A stretch of 64,000 nucleotides of DNA, from NCBI GenBank assembly GCA_963713605.1, contig CAVQMO010000003.1, forward strand, positions 288,001-352,000, given 5' to 3'. Within the stretch, counting starts at the first letter, position 1; each line of letters opens with the position of its first letter. The translations under genes and the position numbers were made by a program. Of this stretch, positions 1 to 13,039 are shown one piece after another. The notes beneath the pieces were generated by a model. That model did not search any database. It was not told the origin of the DNA and was given only the letters and a program-made list of their open reading frames with translations. This DNA comes from an uncultured Nitrososphaerales archaeon (GTDB lineage: Archaea > Thermoproteota > Nitrososphaeria > Nitrososphaerales > Nitrososphaeraceae).

Positions 1-265
1 AGGTATTGACTTCAGCTCTTTTGAGTCATATCCAAATAGTTTGGCTGGTTACTAAGGTCGAAGAACTAAATTATTATCTCCTGAGCAACATCCTCCTCCA
101 GGTTCAAAACTTACTGAGGGACCACAACATGAGTTACCTGTCAGAGCTACCTTCCCATATCTCTCCTTTACCTTCTCATTTATTTTTAGCAAATCAGTCA
201 TGATTTATGTTTACTAGATAAACTATTTAAGTTATCAAGAGAATCTAAGTAAAGTAAGTGTAAAA

Positions 266-739
266 ATGGACACAAAAGCAAATGCTGCAAAATCGGTAAC
301 CAATAGAAGGGAATTACCAGTTATTCAGAATTCTCTGCAGAGAAAGGAAAAGAACTTGAGGCAAGACTCGTGTCGATTTGATGGGTACGATGTTGACCTA
401 CTTATGAATGAAACCAAGAAGCTCAGGGAATTAACCACAAAAAGAGGAACGCTTGAAATTCTCATTCCTCTTTGCTGTACTACAGATCCCGTACGTTATA
501 TAAAATTCAGGAACTCACTGAAAGGATTTAGTAGTAAGACATTAGCCATAAGACTGAAAGAACTTGAAAGGAACGAAATCCTCGAAAGGAGAGCATATAA
601 AGAAATCCCTCCAAGAGTAGAGTACCGTCTTACCAATAAAGGACAGGAGCTCGCTGAATCAGTTGTAGATCTTTTGCAATGGATGCGTAAATGGTCTCGT
701 TCTAGCTCGAAAAGTAGGGCCACGACATCAGAAAATTGA
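266..739 (+). CDS. HxlR-family winged-helix transcriptional regulator
   Basis: Motif FSSKTLAIRLKELE...IPPRVEYRLTNKG; T-run immediately after the stop. Confidence 0.9.
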   Translation: MDTKANAAKSVTNRRELPVIQNSLQRKEKNLRQDSCRFDGYDVDLLMNETKKLRELTTKRGTLEILIPLCCTTDPVRYIKFRNSLKGFSSKTLAIRLKELERNEILERRAYKEIPPRVEYRLTNKGQELAESVVDLLQWMRKWSRSSSKSRATTSEN

Positions 740-1410
740 TTTTTTTGATATATGATTCATCACGAACCACGAACTTGTTTCTATGATTATGCGACTTGGA
801 GTCGAGAACAACTTATGAATGTGATTCCTTCAGCGAGGCGATAGCAATTAACATAAATTTTTTTCAGTCTGATGTGAGGCTGTCCTTTCCTTTTTTTTGA
901 TGAAGAGAAGTAAACCGGTGTCAGCGAATGCTGTATAGGAATGACTTACGCACTTGATCTTGTAAAGTAGAACAATTGAACGGGCATTATTCCTGTTGAT
1001 AACAAAAAACCACGGGAAGCTCTAGTGATGACGCCTGGTTTATGCCTTTGTATTTGGTTGCAAAAGCGCTATCAGTGGTTATTTGTTGTTGCTACTATCT
1101 AAACTTGTATGTGCAAGGTAAAACATGCGATCCAGAGTTTTTAATGACCTAGTCGGTGGCATAGAATACTCAAGTACTGTAATTGGTGTAGCGTTCTGTT
1201 CTGACGGGGCTATTGTAAAGACTCTCTTAATGCGCTAGAAAAAAATGAACTCGCAAAAGTCAAACTGATTTCAGAATATATACCGATCGTTCACCGTTCC
1301 TAATTTGCAGAGAATATAGACATTTATCTCTAACCATGACAACTAATTGATTATTCTTCGAAAAGATTCCTTTCTTTTATATATATGTATAATGAAGATG
1401 CTGTTGAGAA

Positions 1411-1704
1411 ATGGCTATACTTAGAATATACAAGCAAAAACCAGCAGACATGGATCTTTCCAAACTGGTGGAGACAATTAGTGAATCAGGTTTAGAAGAT
1501 GGATTGCAAAAATTTTATGATAAACCTCTTGAGAAGGAAACTAAGTGTATTGTAGCAGGACCTAGTTTTCTGCAGTTCCTAAGTAAATTATTTCGAATCC
1601 AGATATCTGGCGGAGACATCATACAGTTTGAACATAAGGGTCATGGTAAATACTATATGCTTTCAGCAACAGGAACATGGGACGAAATAATAAAATTAAG
1701 TTAA
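1411..1704 (+). CDS. hypothetical protein
   Basis: 97-aa ATG ORF with TTTTATAT about 30 nt upstream. Confidence 0.6.
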   Translation: MAILRIYKQKPADMDLSKLVETISESGLEDGLQKFYDKPLEKETKCIVAGPSFLQFLSKLFRIQISGGDIIQFEHKGHGKYYMLSATGTWDEIIKLS

Positions 1705-2003
1705 TAACAAGAGAAGAGCAAAACGAATGTCTTTTGTCCATTTTCAATGTCCCATGATTTATCTATCCCATTACTTTACAACTCGCATGACCGCACATTC
1801 TCTCTATTTCAGAAATATTGTAATTCAAAGTGCAACAACAATAATATATAGAACAATTTCTCTTACCGATACATACACTCAATAGATCAGCAGTGTACAT
1901 GAATGGAATAAAGCAGCTTCTTTAGATCCATGCTAAGGAGCTTATAAAACTGCAAATAAGCCTTTGGAGCCTCTTTATTAGTAACGGAAGTAAAGTGGTA
2001 GAT

Positions 2004-2493
2004 ATGACAGAGTTTGGAAAACCCCAACCCTGCCGCAATAAATGCGGTGCCTGGATCTATTTTGATAGTAATTCCAAGCCAGCTCATCCTTCACCGGACA
2101 AATGGATTCCTTTACAGGTACTCGGTAGATGCGGGTCTAAGGACAGGTCGAGTGCATCAGTGCCCGAATTGGTCAGAATTTCAACAGTCTAATGGTGTAG
2201 ACCAGCAGCAGGGACAAGCACTTACAAGACGACCAACTACCGAGACAGCAAGATCGGCCATAACAGAAGCACTTTCTCGGTACGATATAGCACTTTCAAT
2301 AGCACAAGCAGCGCCGTCGGTATCTGATAAACAAGATCTTATTATAGCCATGCTGGCTGATCTGCTGAACAATATTGGGAAACTAGTTGGTATATTATCA
2401 GAACAGCAAGAACAAAGGACAATCCAGTACGATAGGCTCTTTCAGGTGCTAGATAAGCTGATAGAACTGAATAAAAAGCAAGAACAGAAATGA
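2004..2493 (+). pseudogene. putative Zn-binding plus coiled-coil protein split by a +1 frameshift at ~2118
   Basis: Removing one G in CAG-G-TAC joins MTEFGKPQPCRNKCGAWIYFD...KWIPLQ to YSVDAGLRTGRVHQCPNW...; CxxxC...HxC motif. Confidence 0.55.
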
Positions 2494-2571
2494 CTCTCTC
2501 ATTAGCTATTAGCCCAGAAAAACTTTCAATAGTCAGGTATATAGAATGAAGTGTACTGACTGACATAAGCC

Positions 2572-2829
2572 TCAAAGAAATGGCAGGTAACCGCTAGTCA
2601 CCCATAAGAATGTGATTTCATTATCCAACAAGATGATGGAGTTGGTATCATTGGGGATTATGTAGGCTTCAGCCTTACGAAACCATAAAGTTCCTTGCTC
2701 GGGTTTAATACTTGCCTTCATTTTTGCTTTCAATTCCGGACTTATTTCCTCCGGTTTTTTAATATGAACTTTATTGATATGTTTTAAAGCTGTTTTCATA
2801 ACTAGTTCTTCAGTACTTGTGGTCACCAT
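2572..2829 (-). CDS. hypothetical protein
   Basis: Within track ORF 2572..2874; likely start MVTTSTEELVMK. Confidence 0.45.
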   Translation of the reverse strand: MVTTSTEELVMKTALKHINKVHIKKPEEISPELKAKMKASIKPEQGTLWFRKAEAYIIPNDTNSIILLDNEITFLWVTSGYLPFL

Positions 2830-3055
2830 ATGAATTTGGAAAGATAAATTGTAAGCTTCTATTCTGTGATACATATATTTAATCAGGAACCCAGCCCAGC
2901 CACAGCTGTTTCAAGATCGATTAATGTTCTGCTAAGACAGACTTAACTCTCGAGTGTTTAAGTTCAGCAAGAACCTTTGGTTCAGCAATTCTTAATTGAG
3001 ATCCCATTAAATTGCTTCCTATTTATTTTAATATAACCCAGAAATATAATCTCCT

Positions 3056-3262
3056 ATGCGTCGAACTAAGACTAAGTCGCCCAGAGCCGGAGATAAAGAA
3101 AAAGTGGAGTTGCCGCCCGCTGAAGATTCAATGAATTCTCCGTCGAAGAAGAAAGTAATACAAATTAAGCGTGTTTATGAATGCAAAACGTGTGGATTGC
3201 AATTCGATTCTCGTAAACAAGCTTTAACACACGTATGCAAATATAAGAGAATTAGAGCTTAA
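3056..3262 (+). CDS. small zinc-finger protein (C2H2/C2HC-like)
   Basis: YECKTCGLQFDSRKQALTHVC. Confidence 0.7.
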   Translation: MRRTKTKSPRAGDKEKVELPPAEDSMNSPSKKKVIQIKRVYECKTCGLQFDSRKQALTHVCKYKRIRA

Positions 3263-3970
3263 ACGGATTTTATTTGATGATTTTTACAAGCTCCCATGGC
3301 CGATGAAGACTTGACAGAACCAAGTAATGACATTCTTATTAAATATCTTTATATTAGATGGACTAGATAGTATTGGCCTGGTCTGCTTCTAGGTCAGAAA
3401 TGCATTTGAATTGTCTGGCTTTAGAGTCGATTGGTATCTCCCACATTAATTGTCCATGGTGTCGTAAATTTGAGTAGCCTTTGCGGATAGTCAAAGTGCT
3501 TACTGAGAACAGTTCTATTAAAGTTCATCACACAAGATGTCAACTGGCCTTGTCGTTACGTTACAGTGACTTTGCTGTTTGCTGAGATAAGTTGAGATCG
3601 GGTTTGGTAAATAATATCCCCGTAGTGCGATACTATGATAGAATAATAAATTGCCGACAGCGAACTAATCTGACGATCGGTATCTCCTCTTTATCTGGTT
3701 ATCTATAAATTTTTTTCTTGTTTAATGCATTTTGTTCAGTTTGTAGAATGTCATAATCGTCGCCAGGTACTAACTTCTAGTTACATATCTGAGTTGGTTG
3801 GGGGGATTTTTTAGCTGCATGAGATATCGACAATCTAATTCTGTATAATTTTGGGGCTTTCTTGATAGATTAAAAATTCGTCTGGATTACCGATCTTTAG
3901 ATGGCTCTGCTTAGAAAGTAAAACTGAATCCGGCTCTCGTGACTTGAAAAACATGATCCACCGTTTCTTT

Positions 3971-4558
3971 TCAAGTGTTGAATAACCAAGGTCTTAGCAA
4001 TTTAGTTAAAAGTGGCATTATCAAATAGGTCATTAATATGACCGTTATTGTAATAGCAATAACAAACCTTATTGAATATGGGATAGATAGCATTTCGGTT
4101 ATGAAATGTATTTGGGGAACTAGAGTTAGTAATAGAAGAGAGATAACAGGAATAGTAACAATTACCATTTTATACCGCGGTGGTGAAATTAATGGCACTA
4201 AGTCTGAAGATTTTTTAGAATAGGGAGTAAACCAAAACTCTAATCCTGTTAATTTTTGTACATCAGGATCAGCCTGTACTAGTTCCCTCCCTTTTTGTAA
4301 CCATTTATTTCTTATCGATGAATTCTCCCACTTCGTAAGATTATCATAATTATTAAATCTGAATATGATAACATATTCAGGCTTAGATTCTTTATCAGTT
4401 GGTCTAATTATATCGATGCCCATACTACCTTCTTGTCTGGATACTTCCTTGGAGATACCTGAAAGCCATTCTTCAAATTCTTTAATTTTGTTCTTCTTAG
4501 CAATGCGTTTAACAATTACAGTAACTGGTAGTAAATGCTTGCATACTTTTGTTATCAA
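3971..4558 (-). CDS. antibiotic-biosynthesis-monooxygenase-like domain protein with two C-terminal TM helices
   Basis: PVTVIVKR...EFEEW...YVIIFRF...WENS...GLEFWF...PPRYKM pattern followed by hydrophobic helices. Confidence 0.8.
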   Translation of the reverse strand: MITKVCKHLLPVTVIVKRIAKKNKIKEFEEWLSGISKEVSRQEGSMGIDIIRPTDKESKPEYVIIFRFNNYDNLTKWENSSIRNKWLQKGRELVQADPDVQKLTGLEFWFTPYSKKSSDLVPLISPPRYKMVIVTIPVISLLLLTLVPQIHFITEMLSIPYSIRFVIAITITVILMTYLIMPLLTKLLRPWLFNT

Positions 4559-4756
4559 TATTTTTTTCTGACATATTCATATTCCTTTTGATTAAAATAA
4601 ATAATCTTATAATGTAATAATTTAAGGGAAAATATTAGGACAAAGAAGTTTCAAGATATACCCTCTTGAGCTTAAACTGATCTTTCGGTAATCTCTTCAT
4701 ATCCAACTCTGTCTACCCTTATTTTGTTAAGGAAGTTTTACTATGGTTGTCTTAAC

Positions 4757-4978
4757 TTACTTCACCCTAACAACGTCTACCTGACCGCTATGCAACCAAT
4801 TCCTGAGTTCTTCGTGGGATGGCTTGGCATCATGTTTGCCTGCTAGCTGTAGATGCAGAAGAGCATAGTTGACCTGATTTAATAATGGCTTATTTGCTTC
4901 ATCACCTTTGCGTGCTTTCTCTTTTAGGTCAGACGGTATAGTATCCCACCAATCATTGAAACTTCTTATCATTATCAT
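4757..4978 (-). CDS. hypothetical protein
   Basis: 73-aa ORF with TTTAAA box upstream. Confidence 0.6.
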   Translation of the reverse strand: MIMIRSFNDWWDTIPSDLKEKARKGDEANKPLLNQVNYALLHLQLAGKHDAKPSHEELRNWLHSGQVDVVRVK

Positions 4979-5214
4979 AGATCAGCACGACAAACATTTA
5001 AAGGTTCAATTTTTTTTAGAAAAATGTAGAAAATTGAATAGAATTTGTTATGTACATGAAATAATCAAAGAATGATTAAATGATCAGAGAAATAGCTATA
5101 TAATAGCAAAAGATCAAGAATGACTTAATGGCAAACAAAAACTGAACGTGGCACCATACGATATATCATTTGAACTACCAACATCAACTTCCATACGTCT
5201 AAGTCGTTCTGAAT

Positions 5215-5310
5215 TATTTTCAGCCCATATCCTTCTATCGTATTCATCTATGATTCCCTTGTATATACAAGCCAAGGCCGGTGCCGCTAACGGACCTCGT
5301 TACAAAATTT
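5215..5310 (-). pseudogene. remnant of a histidine kinase HATPase C-terminus
   Basis: Hand translation FVTRSVSGTGLGLYI/KGIIDEYDRRIWAE matches the G2-box region of the kinase at 8295. Confidence 0.6.
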
Positions 5311-6230
5311 GGCCGAATTAGCTGTCTGGTCTAGTTTTCGAAAAGTCCAAACGTCTTATTCAAGATGGTAGTTAGCTTTCGCTCCAAATCAACGACAAAA
5401 TCAACATTTATTCTACAAAACATTGTAAGGACTCGATAGAGTAGAATATTCTTGTCCATTGCGAAAGATACGATAGAACAAAACAAGTAGTATCATAATC
5501 TGCCATACATCAGACAATAGGAATCAACACCTATGATGGGGTACCATTTGGATTACTCTGTAAATCCACGTTCGACGGCTCGGCGACGGCTTAGACGACT
5601 CTTACTGAAGAACTAACAAATGGTAAACTATCCTGTGATTGCAATAATTAAAGGTCGTTTGACTAGGATTTCTACCTGGCCGTCCTACTTACCCACCTGC
5701 TCCACCTTGCAAATAAAAAGAATCGTCATGACTCGTTTAATAGTACGGTAACGTAGAGATGTATGTGTTATAGCACTACAGCTATGACGCAAGCGACATA
5801 AAAAATCGTAAATGACACAGCCGTTAATATATCAGGTCCTACCTTATCATAATATTGTGAATCAGTATTAGAAAAGGTTAAGAATTTGATCGTTCTTCAG
5901 TGTTGAGCTAAATCAGTCAAAGTAGGTCAGGGGCTATATCTAATTGGCTTCACTACCACCTTGTTGATTCAGGAAGGATCAACCGCTTCAAATTCGCGAT
6001 ATAGTTATTTAGATGTCAACCTTTTACTAATGTTTACTACTAATACAAATTATCTAGTAGATATATTTCTATAGTAATATCCATCGTCTTTGTATATGAT
6101 TCATTGACCAGTACGATGATTTACAAGAAATCCTAAGTGCAAAAAAAGGAGAATAAATACAACTATAGTGCAACACAAGTTCTGATTTTGACAAACAAGA
6201 GTTAATAAGGATCATGCACATAACCCTTTT

Positions 6231-8001
6231 ATGTGTTCTATTATAGGATATAAGGGTCAATTAATCGTAGCACCGTTATTGGTAAATAGTCTTAAACGAA
6301 TGGAATACAGAGGTTATGACAGTGTAGGGATAGCCACAATAAATAATGGGAGGATCCTGGTTAAGAAGGGCGTAGGGAAGGTAATAGATGTCAATAAGAG
6401 GCTTGACTTGAGTAATATGGAAGGTCACGCGGGTATTGGACACACTAGATGGGCTACTCATGGCAGTATTACAGAAAAAAATGCTCATCCTCATTACGGC
6501 TGTACAGATAGTATGGCCATTGTGCACAATGGAATTATTGAAAATCACAGCGAGTTAATGGAAGAGCTAATTGACTTAGGTCACGTTTTTAAAAGCGATA
6601 CCGATAGTGAGGTAATTGCACATCTCCTCGAAAGATATTACGCCGAACATAAAAATATAAAGAGGAGCATGATCGAGACATGCAAAAGACTAAAAGGAGA
6701 TTATGCATTTGTGGCAGCATTAGAGGACGGCACGATATGCGGATCAAGATGCAACGAGCCGCTAATGATTGGATCAGTAGATACAGGATACTTCATCTCT
6801 AGTGACGTCCTAGGGTTTATAGGATATACTGACAAAGCTATTTTTCTAGAGAATAGAGACATTGTGGTCGTCGATTCGAAAACTCTTCAAATATATGATT
6901 CAGACGGAAATACTGTAACTAGATCACTTACACAAGTAGCATGGGAACTAGCCGCGATAGACAAAGGAAAATATGCTCATTACACCCTAAAAGAAATCCA
7001 TGAACAACCTATCATAGTAGAAAAAGTAGGAGTCCAAAATTTAGATAAGATAGAGGAATTTTGTAATGTCCTGAGAAATTCCAAGACATTATTTCTTACA
7101 GGCGAGCGGAACAAGTTACCATTGTGCTTTAATTGCTAAACATATATTATCAAATTTTGCAAAAATTCATGCTGAAACTGTGGTATCAAGCGAATTTCAA
7201 TATACAGTAGGTGGCATTGACAACACTTCTGTTCTACTTGCCCTTTCTCAGAGCGGTGAAACAGCAGACGTTTTGCAGGCTGTAAATACTGCAAAGCATA
7301 TGGGAGCTAAAATACTTTCTATTGTGAATGTTCCGACTTCGTCCTTGGCCAGAATCAGCGATTCATTTTTGACTATCGAGTGTGGACCTGAAATAGGTGT
7401 AGCTGCAACCAAAAGTTTCACGGCTCAATTGTCTTTAACTTATATGATAGTAGATACATTAAGCAATGGTTATTTAGGCTTTAAAACCGATAAACAATTT
7501 CTTGTTGGTGCACTTCATGAAGCATTAGCTGCTGAAAATGAGATATATAGTATTGCAGTGAAGCTTCGAGACGCACGGGATATTTATGTGCTCGGTAGAT
7601 CAATTCATTATCCTATTGCACTTGAAGGAGCGCTGAAAATAAAAGAACTGTCTTATATCCATGCAGAAGGCATAGCAGCGGGGGAATTGAAACATGGACC
7701 ATTGGCATTAATTGATGGAAATAGCTACGTAATAATTATAAATCCTAACGATACTACTTCCGATAGTAATATTGCTAGTGCTCATGAAATAAAAGCAAGA
7801 GGAGCAACGATAATTGGTATTTCTAATACGCCAAATGAAGTATATGATATATTTATCAAGATCCCATTCGTAAAGTGTAATGTTATCTATCCTATTTTTG
7901 AAGTATTACCACTTCAGATTCTGGCATATTACCTGTCACTCGTAAGGAATGTAGATCCAGACTATCCACGCAACCTTGCTAAATCAGTTACTGTGAAATA
8001 G
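6231..8001 (+). CDS. glmS: glutamine--fructose-6-phosphate transaminase, +1 frameshift at ~7104
   Basis: MCSIIG N-terminal Cys, GHTRWATHG, SQSGETAD, AATKSF, ELKHGP, PRNLAKSVTV; deleting one G in GGC-G-AGC restores GSGTSYH. Confidence 0.95.
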
Positions 8002-8294
8002 AATAGCAGGCGTACTAAGACTAGTATGGTAAGTAAGATCACAAATACTCCGAATGTAGCTAAGACTCCATAATTCATACTCTATAACATAACTCGGAGT
8101 TAATGTCAGTTAGATTATTGTGTTAGTTTCATAATCAGTCATCGCCAAAAAACCAATTGACCATATTGTACAGTCAGTTCGTTCAGAATGAATTGCCTTA
8201 ATATCGTTCAATCATCGTTCAGAGTAGCGTTCAATATCTTAGCGTGAGTCGCTATCTTTTACAAATATCTAATTAATGAGTTCTCTTCCGAGGT

Positions 8295-10147
8295 CTAATT
8301 GAGATTGGCTATTGGTAGACTAAATGAGAATGTTGCTCCAGGACCGTCCTTGTTGTCCTGAGCCCAAATTCTGCCACCTTGAGCTTCTACAAGGTTCTTA
8401 CAGATATATAGCCCGAGACCGGTGCCCTGATTTGATCTTGTAGAGAATTTTGAAAATAATCTCGGAAATATATCTGGATCTATTCCACTTCCACTGTCAA
8501 TTACACTTATTACAATGAATTTATTGTCCTTACTTACCTTCTTCGATATGGTAATGGTTCCATTCTTTAATGAGAATTTTATCGCGTTACTAATAAGGTT
8601 TGATATTATTTGCATTACCCTATTCTTATCACAAATCATTTTAGTAATATTAAGGGATCCGGCACGATATTTCGATTTATTTGAGTGACTTCTGATCATC
8701 TTAGCAAGCTTAACTTGTTTATCGCTTGTACAGATCTACCTTGTTTCTAAAATCATCAATAACCTCATCAATAACCTCATCAATATCTATTGATTCCTTA
8801 TTCAACTTTAATATCTTACTATCAATCCTTGTCACATCTAGGATATCGTCTGTTAACCTATGAAGTCTTTTTGCATTCCTATTAATTACTTCTAGAGTTT
8901 CCTTCAATTGAGGATCGTCTCTATCAAATATTTTTTCATTTCTAGCCAGTGCAATTTCAGATAGTCCCAGTATTGGCTGTATAGGTGTCCGTAGTTCATG
9001 AGCTGCTATATTGATGAATTCTTGCTGAATTATATTGTTGGATTCCAATTGTTTGTTGAGCATTTCCAATCTTTCCGTGGAATCCTTTAATTGCTCGTAC
9101 AAGTCCGTTTGCTTACGAATGATATAGATTATGGATGCATAAGATGAAGCTACAGAAGGGATATTCGAATATGTTGCAATTCCTCCTGCCTGGTACGGAT
9201 CCTTTAGCGTATCATCCTTGAGCTCCCATACCATAGATTTTGAATTATCTACTACCATTATTGTGATTTTTGTGTTAACTGATTTATCAGTTACAACTAA
9301 GTTGGCGTTTGGAATCTTTTTTCTGATTTTATTCACCTGTTCATTCACATCTACAAATCCATTGTTGTACTTGTCTTCAGTATGATCATCACCCTCAACA
9401 TCGTGAGTATAACCATTAGGACTGGCCCAATTGATATCTTTTTTTGAATTGTCGTACACGGGAACCAAGATAGTTAGATTGATCCCCCTCTGTAATGCAT
9501 TTTGGTAATGATTCAATGTGTAAGCGTCTGCAGCTAAAAGAAATGTCTTTGCTGAGGCAAACATTACCAGGATTTCACGTCTTGCTGAACTCATAAGATC
9601 AAAAGCACGTGATATCGAAGTGCGAGTGTCAGTTATGACTTGAATCACAGGGTGCTCGACGCCTTCCTCTAATTCTTTAATTTTTTGTTCGGCAGGGGTA
9701 GCCGTACTCCAAAGAGTATCAAATATGTACTGCCCATGTTCAACAACTTCCCTTACGCTGCCTATATATTACCTCGGTGAGTGGAGCGCCTTCCTCTAAG
9801 ACAGTGGTCGCCATATACTCTGACTCACTTATTGCAATTCCTCCTCTCACCCCATCTAGATGTCTCAGTTCGTCTACTAGATTCATTAGCTCTTTACAAT
9901 GGTGGAGATTCTCATTCGTTATTTCAGTGAATGCACGTATCCTTCCTCCCCTTTTTCGTATATTCTTGTAACCCTTTCTATACTCCTTAACATCTACTAC
10001 TATTGATGGTGCTTTTTTGTCGAAAAAGATATCCATTCTTTCGTTCACATTATTCATGAAATAGATTCCCCTTCCTACTGCTTTTTCAACACCGTAAAGA
10101 ACTTCTGATTTCTTGTCTTTGACTGGGGGGTATTCCTGAATTGTCAG
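8295..10147 (-). CDS. sensor histidine kinase, two +1 frameshifts (~9760, ~8730)
   Basis: AAHELRTP H-box, NLISNAIKF, DSGSGI, GTGLGL; three ORFs rejoin on removing one base at each junction. Confidence 0.9.
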
Positions 10148-11020
10148 TTCGATGGATCTCTAAATGGCTTAAGCATATATAATGATACTTGAACTGGCAG
10201 ATCAGTTGTATCTAGTAGGTACAGTTGATTAGATTTCAGCGACTTTTATGTATTAGGAATCCAAATCAGTGGGCCTTTTTCTCATATTCAGCGAGAAGTC
10301 GAGAATTGTGGTTCTGAATCCACGATATTTCTCGGTTATACAATAGGTCTGTTTAACAGATTGAGTAGTAAACTATCCTTTGTTTCTAACGATATCTCTT
10401 CACGAAATAGAGGTGGAACCAGGTAGCTAGTGTATAAACTTTCATCACTTGGTTAGATACATTCTCATGTAACTTTCCCAAATGCGGATGTTCTAATAGC
10501 ATTAGAATCCTTTATTACAAACTGTAATTGAAGCCAAAAAAACGAAACAGTAATTGATCGAACCATATAGTTTGGAAGGGAATACTCAACTATATCTTAA
10601 ATTAGGTAACACTACAAGGATCTGGCATAAGGAGAAGGATTTCCAAACGTTATGGGTAGTGTGGATGAAATGTATATTTGCATTTAAACGGAACCGGTGC
10701 CAAATTTAGATTCCTAATTTGCTATTTTGTCTATGATAATGATGATGATAATGATGTTGGTCTGATTAGATTCCATCCTACTTCTCGTAATCTTATTTTT
10801 GTGGCCAAAAGGTGAATACTCTCGAGAATAACAGAGATTTTTCAAATTTCTCTAAGATCAGTCGTTTTTCTATAGATTAATCGTACGACACAAATTTGTA
10901 GATAATAATTGTTCCTAATAAAGAAATTTGAGTCATTGACTAATAAACCACTGATGATAACAAACGAGATAATAGATAATTTAGGGAAAGATTTAATCCA
11001 TCCTCATTACCATAAATATC

Positions 11021-11312
11021 ATGCTAGGAATGTATGTGATACTAGTCTTAGGCTTTGGATTAGGATTACTTTTAATAAGCTCGAATCGGAACTTATGCCC
11101 AACTAGATAAAGAGACACCAACTGGAAATCTAACTGAGGATGTAGACATCTCGATAAGTCCGGGAGAGGAACTCCCTGCTAATGGAACCGTAAGCGTTAG
11201 TACCGAAGGAGCAACCGATATGGATATCAATGAATTTCCTCCACCAGGAGTCACGGTCATAATTCAAAATGACAAAGTAGTTGTAACAAATAATCCGGTT
11301 ATATATCAATAG
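11021..11312 (+). pseudogene. small secreted acidic protein, +1 frameshift at ~11085
   Basis: Signal-like MLGMYVILVLGFGLGLLLISS joins GTYAQLDKETPTGNLTEDVDISISPGEELPANGTVSV...NNPVIYQ*. Confidence 0.55.
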
Positions 11313-11515
11313 TGTTCGCATCGACCTATTTATGATGTAGTTCCGTGTCGTAGATAGTCTAAGCCTTACAACAAATCCAGGGATGACGTCCTCTATTTTT
11401 TAGATGTTAGTTGCACGGCTCCAAAACCTAAGGATATAGATTGACACGAAACTGAGTCGTCTAAGTCGAGGTTTACGCTATATAAATAATACAAATGAAT
11501 ACATCAAAAAGGAGG

Positions 11516-11612
11516 AATATAGAAATCTTATCAAGAATATAGAATTTAATTACTGTATTGTCCTAAAAAAGGTATTCATGTATTCTATATGATCGACATA
11601 GAAATCTATAGA
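11516..11612. promoter_or_regulatory. clustered ATAGAA(A/T) motifs upstream of pstS
   Basis: AATATAGAAA (11516), AATATAGAAT (11536), inverted ATTCTATAT (11582), CATAGAAATCTATAG (11597). Confidence 0.35.
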
Positions 11613-11667
11613 CTACGATAATTATATGGTATATGAATTAATAATTAACAGCAGTGAGTCAAACTAA

Positions 11668-12781
11668 ATGGAATCCAAAATGGGTTTTAAATTAATGATT
11701 GCTGCAGTACCTTATGATGGCATCAACGATACCAGCAAGTTACTCTGGCAATCTCTTTGCGCAGGGACCAGTAACACTTAATGGGGCTGGTGCTACGTTC
11801 CCGTTCCCATTGATAGATACTTGGAGAGTTGAATACCAGACAGTTGAACCAGGAGTGAATATCAACTATCAATCAATAGGAAGCGGGGGAGGAGTCAAAC
11901 AGTTCACAGAAAAGACTGTTGACTTCGGCGCAAGTGACGCTCCGCTAACTCCAGAAGAAGAAGCTAATGCACAAGGCGCAGTACATATCCCGGAAACTAT
12001 AGGTTCAGTGGTAGCGGCTTATAATATCCCAGGAGTACCAGACAAGGGCTTAAAGTTAACAGGTCCAGTCTTAGCCGACATTTTCCTGGGAAAAATTACT
12101 AAATGGAACGATCCTCGGATTGTTGAATTGAACCCCGAATTATCGCTACCCGATGCAGAAATAACTACAGTTCATCGATCGGATGGTTCAGGAACAACTT
12201 TCGTGTGGACTGACTATCTATCAGCCATTAGTCCAGAATGGAGCGACCAAGTAGGCAATGGGAAATCAGTCCAATGGCCTACTGGCTTAGGTGCTCCAGG
12301 AAATGAAGGTGTTGCAAACGCAATTAGGGGGAGTGAGAACGCTATCGGTTATGTAGAACTCGCATATGCGTTGACGACCGGAATGCCATTTGCATTTATC
12401 CAAAATCAGGCTGGTAATTTCGTAGAGCCAACGTTGGCTTCAACAGAGGCCGCTGTATCAGCATCAGCTGGTACGCTACCGGCAGGAGATGCATCATGGA
12501 CTAATGTTACATTGGTAAACGCGCCGGGCGATGATTCCTACCCAATTGCCAGTTTCTCCTACTTGCTATTATACAAAGAATTAGCTGACAACCCCACAAT
12601 GACCGATGCTAAGGCTAAAGCGCTCACAGACTTTGTCAAGTGGGCAATAACTGACGGACAGCAATTTGCTCCAGAATTAGAATACGTGCCTCTGCCCGAC
12701 GAAGTAGTAAATCTGAATCAAGACACTCTTAGTCAGATTACTTTCAACGGAAATCCCGTAGCTAATTCAACACAAGGATAA
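11668..12781 (+). CDS. pstS: phosphate ABC transporter substrate-binding protein, +1 frameshift in the signal peptide
   Basis: GAGATFP, SIGSGGG, DFGASD, RSDGSGTT, GYVEL. Confidence 0.95.
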
Positions 12782-12823
12782 CAAATAGGAGACCATAACC
12801 AAAGGTCATAACCGTCCGAACTT

Positions 12824-12838
12824 ATTTTTTCCTTTTTT
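12824..12838 (+). terminator. poly-T terminator after pstS
   Basis: TTTTTTCCTTTTTT about 45 nt after the stop. Confidence 0.5.
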
Positions 12839-13039
12839 GGATGTAATAAATTCACTCTAGCTTTCATTGTATAGAATGAGAATGCTAAATTGCAAGAGTT
12901 GTCCTTTTTGGGTGAGGTCTAGCGACCTAGGATTTTAGTAGTATTAATAGCCTAGTCATCGTAGAACAACAGCAATTATAGTTTCTATTTTTCTAAATTC
13001 TTTTTATTCAAGTTCTAATCAAATAATTTATCATACTAC

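Noticed and set aside
7090..7140. Programmed frameshift or natural split in glmS
   Set aside because: No slippery site; the extra base falls in the conserved GSGTS motif and matches the window-wide +1 pattern
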